Source of the DNA: Planctomycetota bacterium
Lineage (GTDB): Bacteria; Planctomycetota; SZUA-567; H5-PLA8
NCBI GenBank assembly: GCA_038227875.1
Contig: JBBRPR010000021.1
Location: forward strand, 1-64,000
Length of the DNA stretch: 64,000 bases
Direction of reading: 5' to 3'
In this document: positions 17,462 through 28,579 of the stretch, one piece after another
Position numbering within the stretch: position 1 is the first letter of the stretch
Layout of the letters: each line of letters begins with the position of its first letter
Notes under the pieces: generated by a model
Databases searched by the model: none
Told to the model about the DNA's origin: nothing
What the model saw: only the letters and a program-made list of their open reading frames with translations
Program-made: the position numbers and the translations under genes

Positions 17462-18373
17462 TTAAAGTTTCAGCAGTTTGTCCATGTCGCTGCTGACTTG
17501 TTTGATCAAGCCGTCGCGCCAAGGCAGCATTTCCGCGGTTACATAACCGTTGTAGTTGGCTGTTCGCAGCGCGGCCATGACATTCTTCCAGTTTACGTCG
17601 CCGGCGCCCAGATCGCAGAAGCTGTAGGCTCCGGCCCACGAACTTCCCTGCGCGATTTTGCGGCAGCCGTCGGCAATGACGCCGGTCTCTCCCTGCTCAC
17701 CGCCCCCGAAGAACGTAAACTTGAAATCCTTCCAATGCACCCGGCCGATGCGCGGTCCGAGCAGCTGAATCCAGTCTTCTGCGAAGCCGGTCATGCGGAC
17801 GTTGCCGGTGTCGAAGTAGCTCTTCACATATTTGGAATTGAAGCTGTCGATGAAATCGCGGTATTCGAGCGGCGAGAGCAGGAACTTGTTCCAGACATTC
17901 TCCAGGCACATCGCGACCTTGTTCTCTTCGGCTGTGGCGACGCAGGATTGAATCGAGTCCTTCGCCAGTTTGTAACAATCGGCGTAAGGAATGTGTTCGC
18001 TGTTGGGATCAAAGAAGACGTCGACGGCGCCGGGAATCACGAGGATCGCGTCGACGCCAATCCAGCGGGCGAGGCGCAGCATCTTTTTGGTGTACTCGAC
18101 GGCCTCCTGGCGCGTGGCGGCTTTCGAAGCCGTTAACGACGAACCCCAGTACACGCCGGTGGCGAGCGAACTGATCTCAATGCCGATAGACTTTGCCAGT
18201 TTTGAAAAATCCTGACATTGCTTCTCGTTGGAATCAAAGGTCAGCGCGCCGCCTGGAACGCACAGCTCAACACTCTGATAGCCGGCGGCTTTTGCTTCCT
18301 TCAGGCCGGATTCGATGTCGGCCTTGCCTTCCAGACCGCCTTGAAAGGACCAATAGCTGATGCCTTTTTTCAT
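17462..18373 (-). CDS. Sugar phosphate isomerase/epimerase (xylose-isomerase-like TIM barrel)
   Basis: LENVWNKFLLSP, YFDTGN, HWKD, TAEM; GGAG upstream of ATG 18373. Confidence 0.88.
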   Translation of the reverse strand: MKKGISYWSFQGGLEGKADIESGLKEAKAAGYQSVELCVPGGALTFDSNEKQCQDFSKLAKSIGIEISSLATGVYWGSSLTASKAATRQEAVEYTKKMLRLARWIGVDAILVIPGAVDVFFDPNSEHIPYADCYKLAKDSIQSCVATAEENKVAMCLENVWNKFLLSPLEYRDFIDSFNSKYVKSYFDTGNVRMTGFAEDWIQLLGPRIGRVHWKDFKFTFFGGGEQGETGVIADGCRKIAQGSSWAGAYSFCDLGAGDVNWKNVMAALRTANYNGYVTAEMLPWRDGLIKQVSSDMDKLLKL

Positions 18374-18604
18374 GGAGAAGCTCCAAACAGATCTCTCCGT
18401 GAAACGCCTGGCTGTAAAGGCGTTTCGCGGCGCAGGCCAGGAATTGATCACGGGCTGCAGAGTATGTGCGAAAGGTAAAGGTGCTGGTTTTCGAGGACTT
18501 CAGCGCGAAAATCAAGCACAATTGAATTGAGGCTTCACATTCCGGTTTTCATTCGGAATTTGCGAAAATTTTCGAGTTGCTGGACCCTTTGGAACAGGAT
18601 GATT

Positions 18605-19714
18605 ATGGCGTTTGCCGGTGAGGTGATTTTTCAGCGTATTTTCGATCTCGGTGGAACGCTGCATATGCCGCAGGCCCGCAAGTGCCTGGGCGATCTGGCG
18701 GCGCTGGGACGCGGCGTACAGCCCTCGCGCGCTGCGCCGGAATACATGAACTACACCGCGCCCATCGCCATTGACCTTACGTCGCTGCATCTTGATCTCG
18801 TCGACGAAGACGGCCGCCCCGCACAGGTCAGCGCGCGTTTGTACGAAGTGGGCGCACTGGCGATCATGCTCCGCCTGACGGCGCGCGAAGAACGATTGAT
18901 GGACCTGTCGCGCTATCCGACGATGCCGCTGTACCGCAACGGTCAGGCGGTCAAGCGGCAGCAGATTTCAGGACTGATTCTGGAGACGCTCAAGCCACTG
19001 CTCCGCCCGGCCATGGACGAAGTGTTCGACGTGCCGATCGAGCCGGAACCGTACACGACCTATGTCCTGACCGAAACCACAGCGCCGGCCGAAACGCTTT
19101 TTAAAGAACAGCGCGCGCAGATCGCCGCGCTGCTGATCAGCGAACCGTATCCCGACAAACTTTCGAGCAGCGAAATCGACGACACGCTGAAAAATTGGAC
19201 GAGCTACTACAAGGAAGATCTCGTTGCCGCCGATTGGGACGCTGCGTTCATGGTCGAACCCAGCGGGCAATACGACGACATTCTCTACATCTTCGAGGTT
19301 GCCAATCTGCAACTCCTCGCGCTGCGCAAATACGATGTGTATCTCGATCAGACTCTGGACAAGGGCTATGACGAATACGACCGCCTGTCGAAAGGCCCGC
19401 CGGTCTCAACGGGCAGCGCGCGCGATATGGTCCGGGAGCTGAGCGAAGTGCGCATGGACCTGGCGAAAGTGACTGACGAGGTCGCGAACACGGCCAAGTT
19501 TTTCGGCGACTGGTACGGCGCGCGCGTCTACATGGGGCTGGCGGGGAAACTGCACATCGCCGACTACCATCGCATCGTTGAGGAGAAACTCGCGACGCTC
19601 AATGAACTTTATCAGAGCGTGCTGGCGGAAATCGACCGGCGCCAGAGTCTGGTGCTGGAAATTACGGTCATCCTGTTGATTGTGATCGAGGTCGCGATCG
19701 CGCTGTGGCACTGA
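18605..19714 (+). CDS. RMD1/DUF155-like protein with C-terminal TM
   Basis: YYKEDLVAADWDAA, FEVANLQLLALRKYD, KFFGDWYGARVY, LEITVILLIVIEV. Confidence 0.7.
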   Translation: MAFAGEVIFQRIFDLGGTLHMPQARKCLGDLAALGRGVQPSRAAPEYMNYTAPIAIDLTSLHLDLVDEDGRPAQVSARLYEVGALAIMLRLTAREERLMDLSRYPTMPLYRNGQAVKRQQISGLILETLKPLLRPAMDEVFDVPIEPEPYTTYVLTETTAPAETLFKEQRAQIAALLISEPYPDKLSSSEIDDTLKNWTSYYKEDLVAADWDAAFMVEPSGQYDDILYIFEVANLQLLALRKYDVYLDQTLDKGYDEYDRLSKGPPVSTGSARDMVRELSEVRMDLAKVTDEVANTAKFFGDWYGARVYMGLAGKLHIADYHRIVEEKLATLNELYQSVLAEIDRRQSLVLEITVILLIVIEVAIALWH

Positions 19715-19767
19715 GATGGGACCCTAGGGCCAGCTGGCCCCAGGGTTCCACACGTACAACACGATTT

Positions 19768-20307
19768 TTACGCGTCGCTGGATTGTGCTTCGTGACCGTC
19801 GAGATTGTCGGGAATGCCTTCCACGGCGGGAGATCCGCCAATGGGCGTCAGGCCCGTGGCGTTGGGAATCTCTTCGTACTCCGGACCGGCGTCGAATTCT
19901 TCTTCGAAGTTCTGCGGGACGTAGCCAGGCTTCTGGGAGCGGGCGACTTCTTCTTCGTAGCCCTTCAGGATCGCCTGCTGAATTTCGCGACGGGCGCGCA
20001 CGTTGATGGGATGCGCGATGTCGGCGTGAAGTTTGGCGCGGCCGCGGTCATCGGGGCGCAGACGCTTGACCACCAGGCGCGAACCGCAGTGATTGCAGTA
20101 CAAAGCCTGTAAATGATTTTTTGAGCTGCATTTGCCGCAACGATCTGTAATTTTGCGGCTCGGCATCGCAACAAACAAGGCACGTGTGCCCTGGATGATC
20201 TTGATATCGCGCACCACAAAGCAACGATCGAAGGTGATACTGGCAAACGCCAATAGCTTATCATCGGTACGAGGTACAAGTTTGATTTTTACTTCTGTGA
20301 CGACCAT
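19768..20307 (-). CDS. spoVG: SpoVG-family nucleic-acid-binding protein with Zn-ribbon insert
   Basis: VTEVKIKL, LLAFASITFD.CFVVRDIKII.G...LFVAMPSRK, ADIAHPIN. Confidence 0.9.
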   Translation of the reverse strand: MVVTEVKIKLVPRTDDKLLAFASITFDRCFVVRDIKIIQGTRALFVAMPSRKITDRCGKCSSKNHLQALYCNHCGSRLVVKRLRPDDRGRAKLHADIAHPINVRARREIQQAILKGYEEEVARSQKPGYVPQNFEEEFDAGPEYEEIPNATGLTPIGGSPAVEGIPDNLDGHEAQSSDA

Positions 20308-20441
20308 AGCTTTCCACCAGTCCGTTAAATTGTTGCAATGATATCAAATAGAAACCCGACACACGTGCTCTCACGCAAATAGCATGTGTTCTGAGTTAAT
20401 CGGGGGTTTCGAAGTTATTCGTTCCAACTTCGATAGATAAG

Positions 20442-21329
20442 CTAAGGTGTAAACGTCGTCGCGGGGTGTACCCGAATTCCCACATCAATCTGGCTGGCCA
20501 GTGTCTCCTTTAGCGCCTGAAGATCGTCTGCAGCGGCACGTACAACAAAATGCACCGATCCACTTCCCGACATCAACCACCGTCCCGGGAACAACTTTTC
20601 GAGCACCGTTTGAAGTCCGGTCAAGCGCGGTTCAACCTGTACCGCCGATTTGGTAAGGTCGTTCACCAAACCCAGTTCCAAGAAGTTATTAGTCCGAACG
20701 TTAAAGCACGCGGATTGTATGGCGGTGCTCACATCTGTCAAGGCACGCAGATTACTTTTCCCATCCCACACCGGATAGCTCAGCTTCTTATACACCGACG
20801 GAGTGGCTACTGGCCAAGGTGGAAATAAGAGTAAAAGGTTGATAGGATTCCCTAATTCATTTTTTTGGAGGGGTTCTACTTTCTCCCCTCGTCCCAAGCA
20901 GCGGCACCACCCTCCGTACAGAAAGAAGGCAACGTCACTACCTAATTCAGCAGCAATGGGTTGTAACTGTTCAGTGGTCCAGTTGAGACCCCACAACGCA
21001 TTCAAGGACTTTAAAGTGCACGCTGCGTCGCTGGAGCCTCCGCCCATGCCGCCGCCAGCGGGAATTTGCTTGGTTAGTGTAATCTTCACGCCACCTTTAT
21101 AACCGCTTGATTTTTGGAGCAACTCGGCCGCGCGAAAAGCTAAATTTTTGCTATCTGTCGGCAAACTGGGGTCACTGCAATCCAAGCTGATTCGGTCGGC
21201 ATGCTCAAATTCCATCACGTCGTAAAGGCTGACGTTGACCATAACCGTGTCCAGCTCATGAAAGCCGTCCGGCCGTCGCCCCAGAATTCGGAGATCCCAA
21301 TTAATTTTGGCGTAGGCGTGTGATCGCAT
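20442..21329 (-). CDS. ispE: 4-diphosphocytidyl-2-C-methyl-D-erythritol kinase
   Basis: AYAKINWDL.ILGRRPDGFHEL, KQIPAGGGMGGGSSDAA, LGSDVAFF, MSGSGS. Confidence 0.95.
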   Translation of the reverse strand: MRSHAYAKINWDLRILGRRPDGFHELDTVMVNVSLYDVMEFEHADRISLDCSDPSLPTDSKNLAFRAAELLQKSSGYKGGVKITLTKQIPAGGGMGGGSSDAACTLKSLNALWGLNWTTEQLQPIAAELGSDVAFFLYGGWCRCLGRGEKVEPLQKNELGNPINLLLLFPPWPVATPSVYKKLSYPVWDGKSNLRALTDVSTAIQSACFNVRTNNFLELGLVNDLTKSAVQVEPRLTGLQTVLEKLFPGRWLMSGSGSVHFVVRAAADDLQALKETLASQIDVGIRVHPATTFTP

Positions 21330-21463
21330 AGTGTGGCTCGTGACTCTGTGGCCTTGGGAGCGCGAGAGCTTGTGCGGTCCCCGCATTCAACTCTGGCGTT
21401 ATGGCGTGAAAAAGGACTCGCGACTTGCTCTCTGCAACCCAGAGCTACCGACGAGATGCCGCG

Positions 21464-22150
21464 CTATTTTTTCGCCGCCGCCTTCTTTTTGGCGTGGGCT
21501 TTCTCTTCCGGATCCGTGGCCAGCGAGTTCAGGTGCGAATAGAGATTGTAAAGCGCCTGCTCGTCCAGTGCGGTCTCGAACTTCTTGGCCATCTGAAGCG
21601 CGGTGGTTTTCGCCTTGAGCAAGCCGGCGTTTTCCGCGGCCTGGAGCAGGAATTCAGAAGGCGGAAAGACGGGAACGTTGAATCCGGTGAGGAATACCGC
21701 CGCCAATTCTTCGCGGTCGAAGACTTCCAGATCGCTCAGGAAGCGCCGGACTTCGTGGCTCTTCAGGGTAAAGAGGTAATCGAGATTGAGGCTGCGCTGA
21801 CGGAGGAAGTACGCTTCGAGAAAGCGCTGCAGCAATGCGATACGTTCCGGTGCGCGCGGCGTGCGGCCCAGCGCGGCGACCAGAGTCGCCGGACGCGAGA
21901 CGCGGACTTCATTCCAATCGACGAAGTGGCTCATCAACTTGCGCGCCGCTTCGACGCCTTCGGCCGGCGTGCCGTGCAGACCGAGCACCACGCCCGCGAC
22001 GATCTGAGCGTTCTTGGCAGATACCAATGCTGTCGCCGCGGCGTCCGCAGACGTGGGCTGAGGAACCACCGACGGGCGCTCCACCTTGCCGTACTTGCGG
22101 TCCATGCTTTGAACGAAACTGTTGACTTTAGCGCGTGTAGCGTCAGCCAT
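21464..22150 (-). CDS. Degenerate HhH-GPD/endonuclease III-like protein
   Basis: FVDWNEVRVS and an Nth-like helical layout; HhH motif and Fe-S cysteines absent. Confidence 0.55.
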   Translation of the reverse strand: MADATRAKVNSFVQSMDRKYGKVERPSVVPQPTSADAAATALVSAKNAQIVAGVVLGLHGTPAEGVEAARKLMSHFVDWNEVRVSRPATLVAALGRTPRAPERIALLQRFLEAYFLRQRSLNLDYLFTLKSHEVRRFLSDLEVFDREELAAVFLTGFNVPVFPPSEFLLQAAENAGLLKAKTTALQMAKKFETALDEQALYNLYSHLNSLATDPEEKAHAKKKAAAKK

Positions 22151-22323
22151 TTGCGGCCTTTAGTCCTGGGCTCGAGTTCTTGCGATACTTAACGCAAATT
22201 TAGTCAGACCAACACGTTGCGAAAACGGATTTCCGCCAACGTCCGTCGATAAGTACAGGAAAACAAGCCCAATGTCAAGGTGCTTTTAACGTGGGACAGA
22301 CGCACCTAGTGGCAAAGTCGGCA

Positions 22324-22974
22324 TTAACTTCTACGTGCTTCGCGAATAAATGCGTCGATCAACGCTGCATCTTTTACACCCGGAGCAGACTCCACTCCGC
22401 TGGCCACGTCTACCCAATCGGGTGATGTGCAGCGAACAGCGTCCGCGACGTTCGTCGGATGAAGTCCGCCGCTCAGGATCAGCTGTGTCGAGCGCTTCAG
22501 ACCGTTGACCAGATTCCAATCGAATGTCTTCCCCGATCCGCCGTGAAGACCTTCGACCTTGCTGTCCAGCACCCAACCGTCGCAGGCAAATTTCGGCAGC
22601 GTCGCGATATCGTTGGCCGTGGCGATGCGTACCGCTTTCCAGACCGTGACGTTTAAGAGCTGCTTGACGCGCTGAGCGAACTCGGGCGATTCATCGCCGT
22701 GAAGCTGAACGACGTCGAGCTTCAACGTTTCGGTCGCCGCGCGGATTTCATCCAGCGTGGCGTCGACGAAGACGCCGCACCACAGCAGCTTCGCCGTTCC
22801 CGCAGCGGCGATCAACGCTTGAGCCGACTGCAGATTGCCGACAAAGCGCGGACTCCTGGCGACGAAGTTCAGGCCGATGGCGTCCGCGCCCGATGCAACG
22901 GCCGCCCGGATGTCTTCGGGACGCTTCACTCCACAGATTTTGACGCGCGGCATGCGACTCCGAATCGCGGGCAT
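22324..22974 (-). CDS. trpF: Phosphoribosylanthranilate isomerase
   Basis: RVKICG, SPRFV, VQLHGDE, GGSGKTFDW, LSGGL, VDVASGVE. Confidence 0.95.
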   Translation of the reverse strand: MPAIRSRMPRVKICGVKRPEDIRAAVASGADAIGLNFVARSPRFVGNLQSAQALIAAAGTAKLLWCGVFVDATLDEIRAATETLKLDVVQLHGDESPEFAQRVKQLLNVTVWKAVRIATANDIATLPKFACDGWVLDSKVEGLHGGSGKTFDWNLVNGLKRSTQLILSGGLHPTNVADAVRCTSPDWVDVASGVESAPGVKDAALIDAFIREARRS

Positions 22975-23143
22975 CTCGCCCGCCTGACCTTCGGAGCAGG
23001 ATCGCTCAACTCAGCCGGGCACCAAGTTGGTGCCCAGCCGAGACGAAGGGGTATCTGAAATGTAGCATAAATTTGCGTTTCGACACCGTATCGTGCACAA
23101 TGTAGGGGTATCGATTCCTTTGACTGGCGGAGCGTGACGCGCC

Positions 23144-24028
23144 ATGAAAATTCTCGCCGTCTGTCCGGGCTGTTCCGCGCAATACGATTTGACCGGTTGG
23201 CAGACGGGCGAATCCGTCCGTTGCCGCTGCGGCACGGTCGTCGTCGTTCCAGAACCGCGAGCGCAGGATGCGCGGCTCGTCCGCTGCGCCAGTTGCGGAG
23301 CGGTGCGCAACACGGACGGCGCGAGTAACTGCGAGTTCTGCGGAGCGTTGTTCTCGGCCGTCGACAAGGGCTGGGGTTCGATGTGTCCGGCGTGTTACTG
23401 CCGGCTGCCCAACGATGCGCAATACTGCGTCGAATGCGGATTGAAAATTGATCCACACAAACTGGACGCCGCAAATACCCAACTGCCATGTCCGCGTTGC
23501 ACGACCAACCTGGGCGAGCGTACGCTGGATAAAATCCGGCTGCAAGAGTGCGGTGCGTGCGCGGGGATGTGGATGAGCGCCAGCACATTCGAAGAGATTT
23601 GCCGCAGCCAGGAAACTCAGGCGATGGCGACGCGGGGCCTGGGGCTGATGCGCCGCAGCACGAAATTTGAACTTACCGACACCGAGCAGGTGAAGTACAT
23701 CCCCTGCCCCACCTGCAGGAATCTGATGAACCGCCACAATTTCGCCAGCGTCTCTGGCGTCGTCATCGACACCTGCAAATGCGGCGTCTGGCTCGACAAC
23801 CAGGAGCTCAACCGCATCGTTCAGTTCATTCAAAGCGGAGGACTTTCGCGCGCGCGGGACTTGGAGCAGCGCGACCGGGCGCATACCGATAGGATGCGTA
23901 AGATGTCCGTGCCGCCACCGATGTTGATGCCGATGTCAGGAAGTTCGAGCGGTTCTTCCTTCAACCGTTCCGGCACTGGCGTATTGATCGAAGTGCTCGC
24001 GGAAGTGGCGAAGCTCTTGTTGCGTTAA
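23144..24028 (+). CDS. Multi-zinc-ribbon protein with two TFIIB-type Zn-ribbon-like units
   Basis: Ten CxxC/CxC knuckles; CPRC..C..C.GMWM and CPTC..IDTCKCGVWLD..EL. Confidence 0.8.
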   Translation: MKILAVCPGCSAQYDLTGWQTGESVRCRCGTVVVVPEPRAQDARLVRCASCGAVRNTDGASNCEFCGALFSAVDKGWGSMCPACYCRLPNDAQYCVECGLKIDPHKLDAANTQLPCPRCTTNLGERTLDKIRLQECGACAGMWMSASTFEEICRSQETQAMATRGLGLMRRSTKFELTDTEQVKYIPCPTCRNLMNRHNFASVSGVVIDTCKCGVWLDNQELNRIVQFIQSGGLSRARDLEQRDRAHTDRMRKMSVPPPMLMPMSGSSSGSSFNRSGTGVLIEVLAEVAKLLLR

Positions 24029-24060
24029 GATAGTTGGGGCGTGAGGTCCGCGGAAATCGC

Positions 24061-25875
24061 ATGGCAGAATCGGAACAACCTCCCGGGCCGCGCATTCCCC
24101 GCGAATTGATTCTCCTGCTGCTGCTCACGCCGCTAATCCTGACCGGAGCGCTAACGGCGCCGTTTCTCGATTTCGACGACATTCAACACGTGGGCGCGCC
24201 GGTCGTGCTGGGCATTAAACCGTGGTACACCGTCTTTGAGCTCACCAGCGGCTCGATTTTTCCGCTGACGATCCTGAGCTTCAAACTGGAGCGTTTGATT
24301 TTTCTGAACACGCTCGGGATTCAGAACTGGGCCCCGTTCTCGCGCATCGACAACGTGATTCTTCACATGGTCGCCGGCGCTCTGGTCTGGCACATCTTCC
24401 GCGCGCTGAAATTCTCCGTGTCGTGGACGACGCTGATCACGGGGGCGTTTCTCTTTCACCCGATGGCCTGCGAAAGCGTCTGCTGGGTCTCCGAACGCAA
24501 GAACGTGCTCGCGGCAGCGTTTGGATTGGGCGCGATGTTTCTCTCGCTGGCGTACCGCGGTCAATGGCGCACGCCCTTCATTCTGGCGCTGTACGTACTG
24601 GCCTTATTAAGCAAACCCAGCGCGCTGGGACTGATGCCGACACTGCTGGCGCTGCAATTACCGTTCGTGCGTACCGCGATTTTGAAGACCGACGACGCGC
24701 TGCAGCTTTCCGCTGAACCCGAGGTACGTCTGCCACCCGTGCTGATGCTCGGCGTGTTCGCCGCGGCGATGGGCAGCGTGGCATTCAATCTCCAGAGCCA
24801 CAGTCAGATGATCCTGAAGCCTCCGGGCGGCAGCGTCTTCACCGCACTGCTGACGGACGCCGAAATCTTCCGGCGCTACATTCAGAACCTGCTGGTGCCG
24901 ACACAGATCAGCGCCGCGTATTATGTAAAGCCCATTGTCTCACTGCTCGATCCGCGCCTGCTGATCAACGGCGGGCTCGTCGCCGGGTTCATCGCGCTGT
25001 CGATCTGGGTTTCGCGGCGCAGGGCGGTCAGCGCGTTTCTCTGGTTCTGGTTCTTCGCTGGACTGGGGCCGGTGATGAATCTGGTGGCGACGATGCTGCT
25101 GATGCAGGATCGCTACGTCTATTTGTCGTCGCCAGCGCTCTTCGGCATCGTGGCGCTGGCGTTGCATGGCATCTTGACGCGCGCCAAGGCCGGCGTACCG
25201 GAATTGCCGCGGGTTGCGGTGATTGGGATGCTCGCGATTCTGCTCACGTTCGCCGTCGCGCGAAGTTACGCGTGGTCGATGACGTACACGCTGTTCGGCG
25301 ACGCCGTCGAGAAACAACCGGAGAGCGCGTTCGGGCAGATGCTATTTGGGCAGGCGCTGATCAAGTACGCCGACGTCCTCGAGAAGCAGGGCGCGTCGGT
25401 TAAAACCATCGACGATTATCGCGCCAGGGCCGTTCAACATCTGGAAATCGCCTGCTCGCTGGACGACCAGGAACGCCTGGCTCAGCCGGGAAAGCCGTAC
25501 CTGGCGCAGGCCATCGTTCAGATCGAACTTGGAAAATTAGATGCCGCCGACGCGCTCTGCCGACGCGTGCTCGAAGATCATCTGCGTACGCCCATCACCT
25601 ATCCCGACAAGATCGAAGCGCACCTGACCCTCGCTCACATCTTCATAAAGCGCGAGCGTTACGCCGAAGCACTCGCCGAAGCGCAGGAAGCGCTAAAGGT
25701 CGGCACCCGCAACGACGACATCCCCGCCAGCGCGTGGCTGCTCTCCGGCGAGGCGTTAGAAAAACTCCACTGCACGGACGAGGCGGTGGAGGCGTATGGG
25801 AAAATCAAGGAGTGGATGGCGGAGTACGAGACGGCAAAGGCGCGATTGAAAGAATTGAACTCACCACATCCATAA
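24061..25875 (+). CDS. TMTC-like GT-C membrane protein with C-terminal TPRs
   Basis: FDD near N terminus, HPMACESVCWVSERKNVL, LLSKPSA, QDRYVYL, many TMs, TPR tail. Confidence 0.8.
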   Translation: MAESEQPPGPRIPRELILLLLLTPLILTGALTAPFLDFDDIQHVGAPVVLGIKPWYTVFELTSGSIFPLTILSFKLERLIFLNTLGIQNWAPFSRIDNVILHMVAGALVWHIFRALKFSVSWTTLITGAFLFHPMACESVCWVSERKNVLAAAFGLGAMFLSLAYRGQWRTPFILALYVLALLSKPSALGLMPTLLALQLPFVRTAILKTDDALQLSAEPEVRLPPVLMLGVFAAAMGSVAFNLQSHSQMILKPPGGSVFTALLTDAEIFRRYIQNLLVPTQISAAYYVKPIVSLLDPRLLINGGLVAGFIALSIWVSRRRAVSAFLWFWFFAGLGPVMNLVATMLLMQDRYVYLSSPALFGIVALALHGILTRAKAGVPELPRVAVIGMLAILLTFAVARSYAWSMTYTLFGDAVEKQPESAFGQMLFGQALIKYADVLEKQGASVKTIDDYRARAVQHLEIACSLDDQERLAQPGKPYLAQAIVQIELGKLDAADALCRRVLEDHLRTPITYPDKIEAHLTLAHIFIKRERYAEALAEAQEALKVGTRNDDIPASAWLLSGEALEKLHCTDEAVEAYGKIKEWMAEYETAKARLKELNSPHP

Positions 25876-25878
25876 ACA

Positions 25879-25908
25879 AGTAGCCCGCGGCTTTCACCGC
25901 GGGCTATT
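25879..25908. terminator. Probable terminator between convergent genes
   Basis: TAGCCCGCGG-ctttca-CCGCGGGCTA-TTT. Confidence 0.7.
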
Positions 25909-25959
25909 TACCTCGTGATTTAGACACCGTTCCTTTGCGTCTTTGCGCGAGATTAAAAA

Positions 25960-27627
<1,668 letters not shown>

Positions 27628-28467
27628 CTAGCTCTTGGCTTTCGACTTTTGGGGCTGAGTAACCTCAATCTGCTGGCGTTCCACGAACGCGTCGTAATCT
27701 TCGGGTGTGTCAATTCCGGCGACATGCGAGGGCATCACCGAAACATGGATCGAATAACCATTGTCCAACGCGCGGAGCTGCTCCAGGCGTTCGATCTGTT
27801 CGTTCAAGGATACCGGCAGCTGGACGTAGTTCATCAAAAACTCCCGGCGATAGGCGTAGATGCCGATGTGATGCAGGCCATAGATCCGCCGCGCCACGCC
27901 GCTGGAGTCGGTTAATTTTCGCGTCACACCCCGTTCACCGTCGCGCGGGTACGGAATCTGGCCGCGGCTGAAATAGAGTGCGCGGTTGCGGTTGTCCATC
28001 ACCACTTTGACCACATTGGGATTGACGAATTTCGCTTCGTCGTAAATGTTCGTGGCCAGGGTTGCCATGCTGAAGGAACTGATCCCCGGAACCTGGGCTT
28101 CCGTCTGCGTGAAGGGCCAGCTGACCGCGTGAATGAACTGCGGATCGATCTCTGGCTCGTCGGCCTGAAGATTGACGATGATTTCTTCTTTCAAATCCTG
28201 AGCGGCTTCGGCGATCCGGTCGGTGCCGCTCTGATGATCGGGATCGGTCATCACCGCGTCGACGCCGGCTTTTCGCGCTGCGGCGATCAGGCTCTCGTCG
28301 TCGCAGGCGACGCGAATGGTCGTAAACAATTTGGGGTGGAATTGCTGCGCCATTTTGGCGCGATCGATGCTGTGCTCGAGCAGCGTTTTGCCGGTGCGGG
28401 ACAGCAGTAGCTTGTTGGGGAGACGGGTGGATTTCAGCCGGGCTGGAAGGACAATCGCTACGCTCAT
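27628..28467 (-). CDS. kdsB: 3-deoxy-manno-octulosonate cytidylyltransferase
   Basis: PARLKSTRLPNK, SGTDRIAEA, NLQADEP, NPNVVKVV, HIGIYAYR, LEQLRAL. Confidence 0.95.
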   Translation of the reverse strand: MSVAIVLPARLKSTRLPNKLLLSRTGKTLLEHSIDRAKMAQQFHPKLFTTIRVACDDESLIAAARKAGVDAVMTDPDHQSGTDRIAEAAQDLKEEIIVNLQADEPEIDPQFIHAVSWPFTQTEAQVPGISSFSMATLATNIYDEAKFVNPNVVKVVMDNRNRALYFSRGQIPYPRDGERGVTRKLTDSSGVARRIYGLHHIGIYAYRREFLMNYVQLPVSLNEQIERLEQLRALDNGYSIHVSVMPSHVAGIDTPEDYDAFVERQQIEVTQPQKSKAKS

Positions 28468-28579
28468 GCAGGCTCCGTACACAACTTCAAAACAAACATG
28501 CTGTACGGGAAAGCCGTTCTAGTGGCTTTCCAATTAAACGCAATGAAAAAGCTTTCAGAGTCAAATCGGGTGTGATCTG

